A stretch of 64,000 nucleotides of DNA from the human T2T-CHM13v2.0 reference genome, Homo sapiens. The stretch is taken from the NCBI GenBank assembly GCA_009914755.4, contig CP068257.2:11616001-11680000 (forward strand), in the 5' to 3' direction. The number at the start of each line of letters is the position of its first letter. The first letter of the stretch is position 1. A model generated the notes under the pieces. It was given only the letters and a program-made list of their open reading frames with translations. It made no database searches and was not told the origin of the DNA. The translations under genes and the position numbers were made by a program. Below, piece by piece: positions 28,181 to 41,679 of the stretch.

Positions 28181-30079
28181 TTGGAGAAACCAGCAAAGTA
28201 GAACTCCAAAGTCCATCTTTTAGCATTGTACCTCAGGATTTTCAATTCAGACACAATGTATATGGGTTGTGTCTGATCATTGAATGCAAATCATTAAAAA
28301 TAACTATATGGAGCCAGGAAATAAGAAAACATTTTATGGCTCTCTAGAAGACAGACTGGGTGTCTGCTTCTGCATGCCCTTTTCTTTTCTTTCTTTTTTT
28401 CTTTTTTTTTTCTTAGTCTCTAGGATAATGCTGACATCATTGCTTAAAGTTCTGAATGTGACTGAGAATAATCATTTCACAGAAAATATCCCCAACGGGT
28501 CTGTCATCTGGCAAACAGCTAGGAATATCTTTTGACGTCTTGCTTTGCAGAACAACAATAATCTCTCACCACCTGTCAATTCCACATGTCTCATCCCCTG
28601 CCCCTGGTGATTCTTGGCAATCAGCAGCCAGTGCCTGTCTAATAGCACTTCTGCCTGCTTCTAGTGTAGTGCTTCAAACTGTCCTGTTTCTCAGAGAGCA
28701 GACACATTGCCTAAAATGAAATCTTAGAGGTACTGTCCACACTCTGTCAGTAGACAAAGGAATCAGAACTACTCAGACTGAAAATAAGGTGCAAGGGGGT
28801 GTAATATGGATGTAATATGGACTTGCATACATGCTCCTTTGGCATATGTTTCCCTCCATAAAAAAATTAAGTTGTAAAATATGTTAATGACATCATTGAG
28901 GTAGATAAAAAGGAGCAAAGAAAGCCAAGAAGTTTCACATGATACATTTTGAATTTAGCAAAATGTGGTTTTACTAGGAAACAATCAAATGTAGATGAAA
29001 ATCAAATTCATTCCATATTTCTCCCCAGGAAATAATGATTAATAAGTGAGTGAGCTCTGAATTCAAACAAACTTTGGTTAATGAGGAAAATACAAGCTTT
29101 GACTGTAGGCAATGGTCTTGACATATATTTTTTTTCCTCCTTTCTGGAATAACTCTTGCCTCATGATTCATTGGTGGGATACCTATGAATGAATAGTTGC
29201 ATAATGGTGAAGAGATTGTGTATGTATTTTGTAGCCTTTCATTTTCTTCTGTCTTCCCTGATTAGTCATGTCCATTACCCAGCTAGCTCTAAAATTCACA
29301 TCCTAATTGCTCATTAGTTTAGTTTAGTGAAAAATGATTTAAAAATTATTATTCTACCTTTAAAAAATCTAATAGCCATTATGGTCGAAGGATAAAACCA
29401 CTAAACATTACATTTAAGAAACATAAAAATCATATTTAATATAGTGGGAAATATTTCCAACTAGAAATGGCATAGATGAGAGATTTGTTTAAAACTTATA
29501 TATACTATGAAAGTACAAATGCCAAGCAGCAAAACTTGTTTAAAAGTCAGTATTATTATATTTGAATAAAAATTCTTTGATAATTACTAAGCAAATTTCA
29601 TCAAATGGGTTTTTAGCAATTTAAAAAAAGGAATGCAATTTGAAAATTCTCACTACATTTTAAATGTAGACATTTATGGGCAAGCATTAATCATAAATAT
29701 CAACAAGTTACAAAAAAAAGCCGCACAATTTTATTGCATGAAAATTTGTTTTATGCACATATCTCTTATGATATATATTCAGAGCACAAATAAGGATAAG
29801 TATCTAGATGACTTATTCATAAGCAAGTGATATGTATGCGTCACAAGATAAATTTTATAGCTGGTAATGTTTGCTGAGGTTTCTCAAATGGCATTGAAGT
29901 TAGTCAAGGTCAAACTTCAAATCTAAACTTTAATCTTACATCCATTTCAAAGATTCTACATGCACACACACACGCATTCTAGATACCCACACACATACAC
30001 ACATAAACACACACACACACAGGCAGAAATGCACTTACAAGTTCCAGCCTTAGCCACTACTTGGGTCAGCCTGCCTGGG

Positions 30080-30084
<5 letters not shown>

Positions 30085-30122
<38 letters not shown>
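30085..30122. repeat. (GT)n microsatellite, about 19 units, preceded by an interrupted (CA)n at 29957-30020
   Basis: An uninterrupted gtgtgt... run, with an impure (CA)n about 60 bp upstream. Confidence 0.9.
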
Positions 30123-30127
<5 letters not shown>

Positions 30128-30989
30128 AAGTTTGTTACTTTTTTTTTCCTCATTACTTTTCTATTTCTTACCCACTCAAAGAGCTGCAGGAGAGGTGGGC
30201 TGTGTGGGAAAGGGGCACATCCTACCTCACTTGTACATTGACACTGGAGCAGTCAAATGTCACTGCTCTTGGGGGTCAGTTCCTCCAGCTGACTATCTCC
30301 TGTTGGTGCCTCCCAGGCTCCTTGGCAACCTCTCCTCTGAGCATCACCGTTCTGCAGTTTTCTGAGGCATTCCCTCCACAGCAAACATCCTGCCACTCAG
30401 CCTCTGCTCCATGTGCATATCAACATGCAGCCCCCGACTTGGACTTGCTTAGTCCTACCTGGTGGCCACCTTTAGTTGGGTTCATAGTGAAGGATCTGCC
30501 TTTTCTTCTATGTACTCCCGAGCCTATATCCTGCCAGAATTGTAAGTTCTATTCAGACACCTGAATAGATTGACACTGGTTTCTATCTCCTGGACCCCAG
30601 GGACCCACACTCAGTTCTCCAAAGCATCCTCTCACTGTGGTCCCCAAAGCATTCTCTGACATCATCCTTCTACCAGGGGTGGGTTAGGAAGTAGAAAGCA
30701 TCCACTTCTTTCCACCTCCTGTTAGGCAGACAACTATCTTCACGGAAAACAGTACTTACAAATTCAGCAAATCTAGCAGACGATATTCTAGTACTTCTGT
30801 ATAAAATATATGCATAAAATCTAGTTTTTGCCTGAGAGTGAAAATAATGGATAATATCCATTGTAACCACCCATTAGACAGAAAAATAGGTAGATATAGC
30901 AATCTGCACATATAGATAGATACATAGATATGTAGATATATAGATTATAGGTACATATGCACAGATATATTCCAAAGACTTTTGCCAAC

Positions 30990-31424
30990 TGATATGACTT
31001 GGATCTGCCCAAATCTCATATCTAATTTTAGTCCCCATTGTTGGAGGTGGAGCCTGGTTGGAGGTGTTTGGATCATGGGGATGGATTTCTCATAAATGTT
31101 TTATCACCATCCCCTTGGTGGTGTCCTTGTGATAGTGAGTGAGTTCTTGTGAGATGTGGTTGTTTAGAAGTATGTGGCACCTCTCCCCCGCCCCCACCCC
31201 CACTCTCTCTCTTGCTCCTGTTCTCACCATGTAATGTGCTTGCTCCCTATTTGCCTTCCATTGTGATTGGAAGCTTCCTGAGGCTTCCCCAGAAACAGAG
31301 GTCATTGTGCTTCCTATACAGCCTGCAGAACTATGAACCTATTCAATCTCTTTTCTTTATAAATTACTCAGTCTCAGTTACGTATTTATAGCAATGCAAG
31401 AACAGCCTAATACACCAACTAAAG
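30990..31424 (+). mobile_element. MaLR LTR (MST/THE1-like), plus strand
   Basis: TGATATGACTTGGATCTGCCCAAATCTCATATCTAATTTTAGTCCCCATTGTTGGAGGTGGAGCCTGG...TTCTTTATAAATTACTCAGTCTCAGTTACGTATTTATAGCAATGCAAGAACAGCCTAATACA matches the MaLR LTR consensus from start to end. Confidence 0.82.
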
Positions 31425-34400
31425 ATATGTTTTGTCATTAATGACTTGAACATTCTCAACTATTCATGGCATTTAACAATGCTTCATTACAAAAAATGGA
31501 TTTTTTACATTTTATGTGTTTTATTCATGATAAATGAAATGTGCTTTATTCATGATAAATTTATGTGCTTTATTCATTACAAATGAAAACTTGTTCTTTT
31601 CGTTTGTTCTTTTTATCATGAATAAAGCACATAAAATGTACCTTTCACGTTTACATTGCAGGCCCTTTTATTCCTCTCCTGCCCTTAACCTCCCCAAACA
31701 TATACATCAATAAAGAAAAGAGAAAGAGAAATGAATTAGCAGTGAGCAGTAAGTGGAAAAGATACAAGTTTTTTCATGGCCAAGTCTAAAGTCATTTTGA
31801 GTTAATTAAACACAAGCTACTACTAAGCCAATAGAGGACATATTAAGTCTTTAAAAATATTAATTGTGATTTTTCTACACTAGATTTCTGTTGCTTGATT
31901 TCTCATTCATGACTAAAATTGTTAAACCTGTTAAAATATAGAAACACTTGGGAAAAGAATCTCAAAACAATCACTCCTGAAAAGTTGGCATCTTCCCTGG
32001 AAGTTTCCAGTGAGCTGAGTTATTCTCATTGCAGCATGAAGGACACATAGACCCATAGTATCATTCCTTCTGTTTGTCTTTGCATTATCATTTTCCAGTC
32101 TATGGCATACAGCAACTATTCAAATGTTTTTTGGATACCTTCATTAGCTATGGCTTCCAAACTTTTGGTTAAAATAGTAAGCTAAGCTGAGCAAGCAACA
32201 TTTTGGCCTTTTCATCTTATTGGGCACACTGGTCATTTATTGCCCCTCCCCCACTCTATTCCTCTGGCACCAGCGCCAAGCATTCCCTGGATGGGGATTT
32301 GGCTGTCTGGCTAGTGGCCACTTCACTGCATGCCACACATCTGTGCCCTTGGAATCTGAGGCCTTGTCTTCATTTTAGGGCACTAGAAATATTTCTGCCA
32401 AAACTCCAAAAGTTGTTTCTTTCTTTTCTATTCTTCTCTTTTTTTCCTCCTTTTTCTTTTCTCTTTTCCTTCTTTTTTAAAAAATTTCTGAGAACAATAT
32501 AAGCTACACATACATTTGATGGTCAACAGCTGACACTACTAGGAAACATATGTGTAAGAGTAGATTTCAAAGGCCTTAATGCATCTCCCAGCTCCATCTC
32601 TGACTCTGTAATGTTGTAGAAGTCACTTAAATCTCTCATCCCCTGTCGACTTAACTACAAAATGAGACCAGTTATAGAATTGTGTGAGAGGAGAAAATAG
32701 TTGATATAGATGGAAGAGCTTTGAAGATTCTGCACTCTCGCATATGCATTGTATTAGTATTACTATTAGGTCAGATGGACCCTCATCTATGACTGACCAA
32801 GATGTTGGGTACACGAGCTAAAGGAATCCAATTCACTATCCCAGGGTTGCATCGCAGTGGATTTCATACAGGCTAAGAAAAAACAAAAACGTTTTTAAGC
32901 CTCCATCCTCAGATCAAAACAATAAACAAAAAATTATGATATCCTTAACAATGTCCTGGGTTAATATTTTATTCCACAAATCAAGATTTCAGAACTCTTT
33001 ACCCTCTAAGAGATAGAGATTGAACATGCCTTTATAGGCTTTGAATTTCATAACTTCTAATCTATGCTCATAACCTGGAAAATGTCATCATACTGAATGC
33101 GCTCATGAAAAGGTACTTTTAGGACCTGCCAGTGACAGTTTATACACACATCAGTCCCTTTTCAAATGTCATTTCCATTAGTATCTTACATCAGAATCAC
33201 AAGTGAAATGAACATGCTGTAACCTAGTATTTTAAAAGGTTATGTTGAAGGAGTAGAGAGGCTTAAATTAATTTTCCCTTTTCTAATCCAGTAAGCCTTT
33301 ACTCAATAGGATTTCCTATAATTCTATCTTAATCCATGTCTCTGTGGATGAATCAAACAGACCACAACATAGAAGAGCCTGCCAAAGTGGCTTCCTGCCA
33401 GCAGCCCTCTCTCCTCTTTAAGATAGACTTCAGATTAATGATTGTACAGTGATCCAAATCAATGAAGAAAGCAAAGAACAGACAGGTATCTCATTATCTT
33501 CTGCAAAGATCTATTTGTTTAGCCATGTTCAAATATTGCCCTAAAATGGTAAGTTGGTTAGCACATATTAATCATTTACTAGATCTATTCAATTCCTAAA
33601 ATTAACGTGAATTTAATATGCAGGGGGAGTTGCATGGCTGTTTTTGTTGCTGTAGACTTGATATAGGCAGAGAACAAGCAGAAAATTATTTAGAATATCC
33701 AGTGGAATCCATCATTATATTTTTGAGACTATTAATTAGCCAAAGATTGTAAAATTATTTTCTAGCAATACCAGTTAAATGAAGTAGAAAAGTTAAATGA
33801 AGGCTAAAAGCCCACACAATGCTATCATGCTCTAAGTATTGTTCTCAATTATTGGAAGTACATATATTATAGAAGCTCAGTATGTATTTCCTAATGAACT
33901 GCTTCATGTGAATTATTTCATGCCATAATCTTATCCTTTCCTATACTTTGGCAACTGTTGAGAGGCTAGAAAAGACTGTATTATTTATTCTGAGGCCAAA
34001 ATATAATCATACTTGGGTAAAAGATACTAGATGTTCATCCACTGAACATTTATTACAGCAAATTTTCATAATCCATAACACTTAGGATGTTTACATCTAA
34101 TTTTTATCTTGATTGAATTCAGCATTAATAAATATGAATTTTTTTCACTAAAATATTATTTGGGCTATGAATATCCTGGCAAAAATCACCCACATAAGAC
34201 TAGGTTTTTATCAATTTATAAACGAATAGGTTGATTTTGAAAAAGTTATCTTTTTAAGTATCTACAAGGAATTTAGAAAATGCAAAATATCTTATAAATT
34301 TGCATTTATAAGATATATGCCTTTGAAATTTATTGAGCTCTGAAATGTCTTGTTCACTAAATGGCCTAGAGATAATTCTCCATGATTAAAAAGTTTCTTT

Positions 34401-34883
34401 CTACAGGAAACTTTTTCAGAATATGAATCAATAAAATAAATAAAAAGTGTTTATTTCTGTATCTTATGTAGAAATTATTACTAAGGTAGGAATGAATCCT
34501 CTCTTAACAGTCTATACAATCACTTTATTCAATCACTTATATATTTACCAAGAAAACTACAAATCTTATACTTTGTATATAGGAAAGACTGTTAAAGTAT
34601 GAGATATACCCATATTGTAATTTATTTAAGAAAACATAACTAAATTATGAAAAAATAATCAACTTTGTGATATTGCCCTATGTAAAATTTCTTCTACTTC
34701 ACAGTCTATATACTACAGCTTCTCTATAAAAAATTCTCTCAGCTCTTCAAGATCTTACCTACAAATAAAAATATCTCTACATTCATCATTATTTTTTTCC
34801 TATTACCTAAAATGAAATTATTCTCTGGAAATTTTGCTCTTAATACGCCTTCCTTACTAATACAAGAAGGAATGTATCTTCTT

Positions 34884-35150
34884 GTAATTCCAGCCCAGCC
34901 TTTTGAGAGGCTGATAAAGGAGGATCGCTTGAGCCCAGGAGTTCAAGACCAGCCTGGGCAACATAGTGAGACTCCATCTCTACACAAATTTAAAAATTTA
35001 ACCAGGCATGGTGGTGCATTCCTGCTGTCCCAGCTACTCAGGAGGCTGAAGTGGGAGAATTTCCTGGGCCTGGGAGATTGAGGCTGCAGTGAGCCATGAT
35101 GGTACAACTGCAGTCCAGCCTGCACAATAAAGTGAGACCCTGTGTCAAAA
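34884..35150 (+). mobile_element. Alu SINE (AluJ-like), lacking about the first 20 bp
   Basis: GTAATTCCAGCCCAGCCTTTTGAGAGGCTGATAAAGGAGGATCGCTTGAGCCCAGGAGTTCAAGACCAGCCTGGGCAACATAGTGAGACTCC...CTGCAGTGAGCCATGATGGTACAACTGCAGTCCAGCCTGCACAATAAAGTGAGACCCTGTGTC. Confidence 0.85.
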
Positions 35151-36530
35151 GGAAAACAGAAAAAGAATATCCACCAGGAAGGCTGCAACCCTTTATAAGA
35201 AATAAGTCTCTCCTTTCCAAATTTATGAACCTCATCATTCTTCAATTGACAGAATCCTCTCAATTTACATGCTGCACATATTTTAAAAATTCATGGAAAT
35301 TGACATTTCTTTTTCATTCCCTGGTATCTATCCCCATAACTTAGAAATCAGTCATGTGTGTCTATTATGCAATTTTCTGTATTTCATCATGTTTTATAGG
35401 TATTTGTGAATTTATATTGCCTTACTAAAAAATAGTACCTTCTTGAAAGCTGTCTCTTGCTATATATTGGGTTTGTATCTCACATAGTGTCACACATAGA
35501 ATCCTTCACATAGTGGAAATTTGCCAGAAACAGGAAGGCATGAAGACCCATTCATTCATACCACCCATTCAGGATCATCTTTTCATGGAGAATTATCTCT
35601 AGGCCATTTAGTGAACAAGACATTTCAGAGCTCAATAAATTTCAAAGGCATATACATTCAACAACTGGATCAGTATTAGCTGAAGACAGTTTTCCAGAGA
35701 TAGTTTAGAGGTACCAGTGCTCAGAGATTCTAAACCAGTATTTCTGAGGTAGAGTCCAGTAGACTACACTTTTAAAGAACTCTACATACTTTTTTAAAGC
35801 CTGTTTCACAGCAAGATTTTAGAACTAATGAATATTTTACATGACAAATTTTCTTAAAGTCTTGGGGCCTTAATATTAGCATGAAACATGAGTAAACTAT
35901 GACTTGGAGTAAATAATAAAACTTGCCTAAGTTTATTGAATTATAACTCACATCTGGAGTTTGGGGTCAATACTACCTTTTACTATACCACAATTGCCTT
36001 CCATGGAAATACTTTTTTGTTTAATTATGTTTATCACTTTCTCAGGAGATATTATTCTAGATTCAAGCCTATCTAACACTCCCCCTTTCTCCTAAAGTTT
36101 TGGTCAAGGTTTTATTTGCTTGTTGGTTTAATTCTCCACTGTGGCTTACTTGAGCACACAGGGAATCTGTCTTCTTTTCTTCCCATCCCTAATCCTAACC
36201 TGATCCTAATCTATTACCTGAGAAAAACATTCATATGAGATCCTCTTTCTCCTAAGGAATCATTTTGTATATCCAGCTTTTTCTAACCACTTGTAGTAAT
36301 TTAACCAATTCTCCTGGCCAACACTTGAATTAAAGTGATAGGACAAATTAATTCACACTAACCTGCTAATGAATATAAAGAAAATATAGCAGCATTCTCC
36401 CAAAATATATAAGAATTCAGTGTGCTTATACAAAAATTGAAGAAAGTACAATCATTGAGTGATAATAATTTTGCCTAGAAGAGGTATTTAGAACCATTTA
36501 TATTTATAATGCAGCTAACATTTTGACTGG

Positions 36531-37052
36531 TGTATTAATATCATCCAGAGAAACAGAAACATATATACACACACACATATATATATACAGATGTGTATGT
36601 GTATGTATATACACGTGTTTATATATACACAGATGTATATATACATATGTGTATGTATATGTATATATATAGGCACATATAGCCTATTGATAATTCTGGA
36701 GAGAGAAAGAGAGAGAGAGATTTTAAGGAATTAGGTTACAAAATTGTGGGAGCTAGCAATTCCAAAATCTGAAGGATAGGCTAGCAGGCTGAAGACCCAG
36801 GTAAGAGTTGATGCTGCAGTTTGAGTTTGAAGGTAGTTTTCTATTAAGGCCTTCAACTAATTGGATGAGGCCTACCAACATAATGGAATGTAATCTGCTT
36901 TGGAATTTAATGGAATGTAATTGCTCAAACTCAGCTGTTTTAAATGTTAATCTTACCTAAAAAATACCTTCATAATACATGCAGGATCATGTTTGACCAA
37001 ATATCTGGGTACTGATGTCTAGCCAAATGCACACATAAAATTAACCATAATA
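36531..37052 (-). mobile_element. MaLR LTR (MLT1-type), minus strand, with an internal (TG/TA)n and (GA)n expansion
   Basis: TGTATTAATATCATCCAGAGAAACAGAAACATATATAC...(microsatellite)...GATTTTAAGGAATTAGGTTACAAAATTGTGGGAGCTAGCAATTCCAAAATCTGAAGGATAGGCTAGCAGGCTGAAGACCCAGG...CAAATGCACACATAAAATTAACCATAATA follows the MLT1 LTR consensus as remembered. Confidence 0.75.
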
Positions 37053-40000
37053 CCTGGTAATACATAAAGAAAATTCATCTTACAAATCAAAATAATCTGA
37101 CATTAAAATTAAGGCAATGTATCCTTACGGAGTGTTATTGTACCTCATCAGACAGCTTAACATGAAATGAGACTACTAGGACAGTACTGATGAGAAAACC
37201 GTAGTATAGAGAAATAAGATTTCATAATAACATTTCACAAACAGAAGTTCAGGGGCCTGCAGGATCAGAAACTCAATTATGTAATCATGTTTTTTTGTGA
37301 GATTTGAAAAGCAGCTTTGTAATTTATTCCAGGGTAACCATAAATCTGAATTTCATAGACAAACTTCTAGCAGCAGCAAACACGTGCATTTGAATGTATT
37401 CTAGACAAAACAGCAGAGTAAAATATAATAAAAATTTCAAATAAACTGATATCTAGTTCTTTGAAAAATGCCGTAATGCTTCTAACCCTCTCTTTTCTCT
37501 ATATCTTGTGTATATACGCAAGATACCTAAAGGAACATTAGTGTGCTCTTTCTTCAATCACCTTACACAATTTTATTCTTGTCTTATTTTTCTTTTTCAC
37601 ACACAAACACACACACGCACACACAAAGTGTTTTCGAAGCTCAGTATGTATTTCCTAATGAACTGCTTCATGTGAATTATTTCATGCCATAATCTTATCC
37701 TTTCCTGCACTTTGGCAACTGTTGAGAGGTTGGAAAAGACTGTATTATTTATTCTGAGGCCAAATATAATCACACTTGGGTAAAAGGTACTAGATGTTCA
37801 TCCACTGAACATTTATTACAGCAAATTTTCATAATCCATAACACTTAGGATGAACTTCAAAGCATGTATGGGTGTCTTGATATAGCTTGTTTGCTTAAGT
37901 AAAAGCTATGATAAACTTAATTTATCTTGAGGATACTGGAATCTGTGAGAGAGTGAGAGATGTTCCTAGATATTATTTTTGGCTTAATTTTTCAGTTTGT
38001 AAAACAATCAGAACCACTCAGCGGCTCTAGGACTGATAGAATAGAGGTATGAAGTCTTCAGGAAACGTACGCCTTCTAACATAGCTGGACCTGAGGTCCA
38101 GGTCCAGCACTATTACAGATGGAGGACGTGTGTCTAGTCTCAAGTAGGGGGATTGGCCAAGGAAAACTGCGTCAGACAACCAAGTCAGGATTTCAGGCAC
38201 AATGGTGTTATGGGATCCTTGGGGGTGTAGATTTTCTGGCCTAAAACCTCTGTCCAGTGGTGCCTTTTCCTGAGTTTTGCTCAGCTCGCTGGGCTAGTTC
38301 CACCCACTCAGCCTGGCAGGCTGTGCTTGGCTCAAGCTACTAGCCTGTATCCCATGCCTCCCAAGGGTGAGTTAGGCATGGAGTGGTGAGGGGTGTGTCA
38401 GCAAGCGTGAGGTCCAGCCTCTATGCAGTCAGACCCTTCAGCTACTGCAATGCAGGCAGCACCAGGTGCGGGCATGGGTGCCAGCTCTCTGCAAGGCTGC
38501 AGCTGGACAGGCACCCCACAAGCAGCTGACACTGGAGAATGTGGTGGCACCCAGAAGCTCTGAGATGCCAGGAACCACAGGGCCTCAAAGAGGGACTAAC
38601 AGCCCTGGTTCGGAGAGCTCCCAGGTCTGGGCTCCTACAAGGGCTGTAGCTCTTCTCTCCCTCTCCGCCCACAACGAGGTGAGCAAAGGGCATGTTTCAG
38701 TCCTGTTTGTGGGTTTGTGGTACAGCTCTTCTAGACTTGCCATTTGGCAGGCCCCAAGTTCTCGTCCTGCAACCAGAAAGATGAGGCACACAGACAAGTG
38801 GAGGATGAGCAAGAGGAAGAAGAGCTTTATTGAGCAGTAGAATAGCTCAGAGACCTGCTGTAGATAGCTCTTTTCTGTAGCCAGGGTGTCTGGACGAGTG
38901 TTCAGCTCTCAGCAGAGTGTAGAAAGCCCTGGGTTAGGTTGCTCCTCTCTGCAGACAGGTCTCCCTGGAGTGGAAGCTCCTCTCTGCCGCTGGTTGTCCC
39001 TACATTCTCCAGCTATCAGCAAAGTAGCTCCTAGCTCCTCTCTGCAGCTGGTTATCTGCTTCTCTGCTCTGCTGTGGCTGAGCCCAGGGCTTCTGTGGGC
39101 CTCAGAGCGGGGAAGGGCATGCTGATTGTTACATGGGCAGCCATGGGCAGGCCCACGTAAAAGCACCACAAGATCCCCCTCAGACTGGCAGCCTGCCCCC
39201 AGGCTTCAGACCTTCCCCGGCCTAAAGGCGGGGCTTCACGGGGACCTGCCCCCTTCTGCCCATGAACCTGCCATCTTTCTACTGCTGTTCAAGGCAACCA
39301 GGCTGCCTGACTTTGCTCCTATCTCCTGGCACAAAAAAAGAGAGAAACCAGACATCAAGAACAGGCACCTCCGAGCCTGCAAGGACAGGGGCCTTCCTGA
39401 GCGAGAGTGCAGGGAGGTTTTCCCAGGCCTCCAAGAGTGTAAGGATGCCTGAGTCTGTAGCCGCTGTTTGGGCAGCTGCAGCTGCACCCGGGAGTGGGGC
39501 AGGACTCCTGCCTGCTCCACGGAGCGAGGCTGGGTATGCAGCCCTGGTTTGGGCAGCTGCAGCAGCACCCGGGGAGCTACCACCCCAACTCAGAAGGGGT
39601 GGGGCTCCAGCTTGTCCACAGTCCCCTGGCTCCACACAGTAGGCAGCCCCAACCGCGCCTCCCTGCTCCAGCCGGGTGATGGCAGTGGCAGGTTGTCTGG
39701 AGGGCTGCTACCATCACGGGAACCAAATGAAAGTAAAAGTAAGCCACAGTGCTTAGAACGGTTTCAGACAGGACAGAAGCCAAATTACAAAAAGATGGAG
39801 GCATAAGGTCAAAGATAGACTGTCATATCTTGATTTAACTAATTATTGTATGAATTGAAGAAATGAATGCCCTAGAAGATAGCAGCTGAGCCTGAAGATC
39901 TGAGTAAAATAAATCAGTAAGTGGGAGAGAAGAAACAAGACAGTAGGAAACAAGGGGCCAAGACGTAAGTTAGGTGTGGAGTACCCAGTAGCTCTGTCAA

Positions 40001-40327
40001 AGTGGGTCAGTAACTGTGCAGGTCACTGTAGAAAATGTTGACTTCAACTTCCTCTTTAAAATCCTTCTGGAATCTGTATTTAAAAATGAAACAACACTAT
40101 CCTAAACATTTTATGTGGATAGAAATTTGTTTTCTTCCCCAGATATGTTTGATTTGTGTCTTAAGTTTTAATCCTTTAGATATTTTGGTACCATAAACAG
40201 GAATGCAGTTAGTACAGTGTATTTTGTAGACAATAGAAAACAGCAAGTATATTTTTCAACCCTAAGAAACTGTACTGTAAAGTTTGGTGGGACTTCTGTA
40301 TCCACCACATTTAAATAAACTTAATAA

Positions 40328-40670
<343 letters not shown>

Positions 40671-40682
40671 ACATATATAGTT

Positions 40683-40770
40683 CTAAACACACACACAGAG
40701 ACACACACAGACACACACACACACACACAGAGACACGCAGACACACACACACACAGATGCAGTCATAGTG
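40683..40770. repeat. (CA)n/(CAGA)n compound microsatellite
   Basis: acacacacacagagacacacacagacacacacacacacacacagagacacgcagacacacacacacacag. Confidence 0.85.
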
Positions 40771-40876
40771 CACTACAGCTTCAGACTCCTGGACTCAAGT
40801 TAACACACTGTTTTCTCATGGTGCCTTCTTTTCACTGCCCATCCCCCTTTGCAAAATGTTCAGCAATATACTCTCA

Positions 40877-41244
<368 letters not shown>

Positions 41245-41679
41245 TCATAAAATTACCTCAAATATCAAAACCTGTAATACAGTAGGCTTTGGGCATTCAG
41301 AAGGAATCCTGAGACCTCTATAAAATCTTAAATTCACAAAGCATGTAATTTTCTCCCTAAAATATGGACAAGACATAACAAAGTGCCACAAAATCAGGTC
41401 AAGATGTAGAAGCTTGGCAGATTGTGTGCATAGGCCTTGAGTTAATTCCCAGAAGCTCTTACAAGAGTATCACAATTTCTCAAATTAGTGTCTTAGTAAA
41501 ATTAAAATGAGATTCTAGGGTCTTTAATCACTAATTATGAAGAATGTTATATGTCTGACCTATAGACGTTTTAGGAATTTGAATTTTATACAATTTTTGC
41601 TAATAGATCCCTCCATTCTTTTCGAGTAAAGCCCACTATCTTCATCCGAAAAAAAAAGAAAGATTTTCTCAGAAAACCC

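Noticed and set aside
27995-28535. ORFs 27995-28216 and 28284-28535
   Set aside because: Translations of (GTT)n and (CTTT)n low-complexity tracts (poly-N/T, poly-F).
30061-30564. 167-aa ORF (and overlapping 93-aa ORFs) at 29956-30564
   Set aside because: It begins in and is driven by the (GT)n/(CA)n microsatellite (poly-CV/poly-HT translation). There is no protein-like composition.
38442-39806. Cluster of overlapping 75-126-aa ORFs on both strands in the GC-rich block
   Set aside because: Mutually overlapping frames on both strands with Pro/Ala/Gly/Ser-rich translations are the expected by-product of GC richness. None shows a recognisable domain. It is kept as a finding only as an unclassified GC-rich element.
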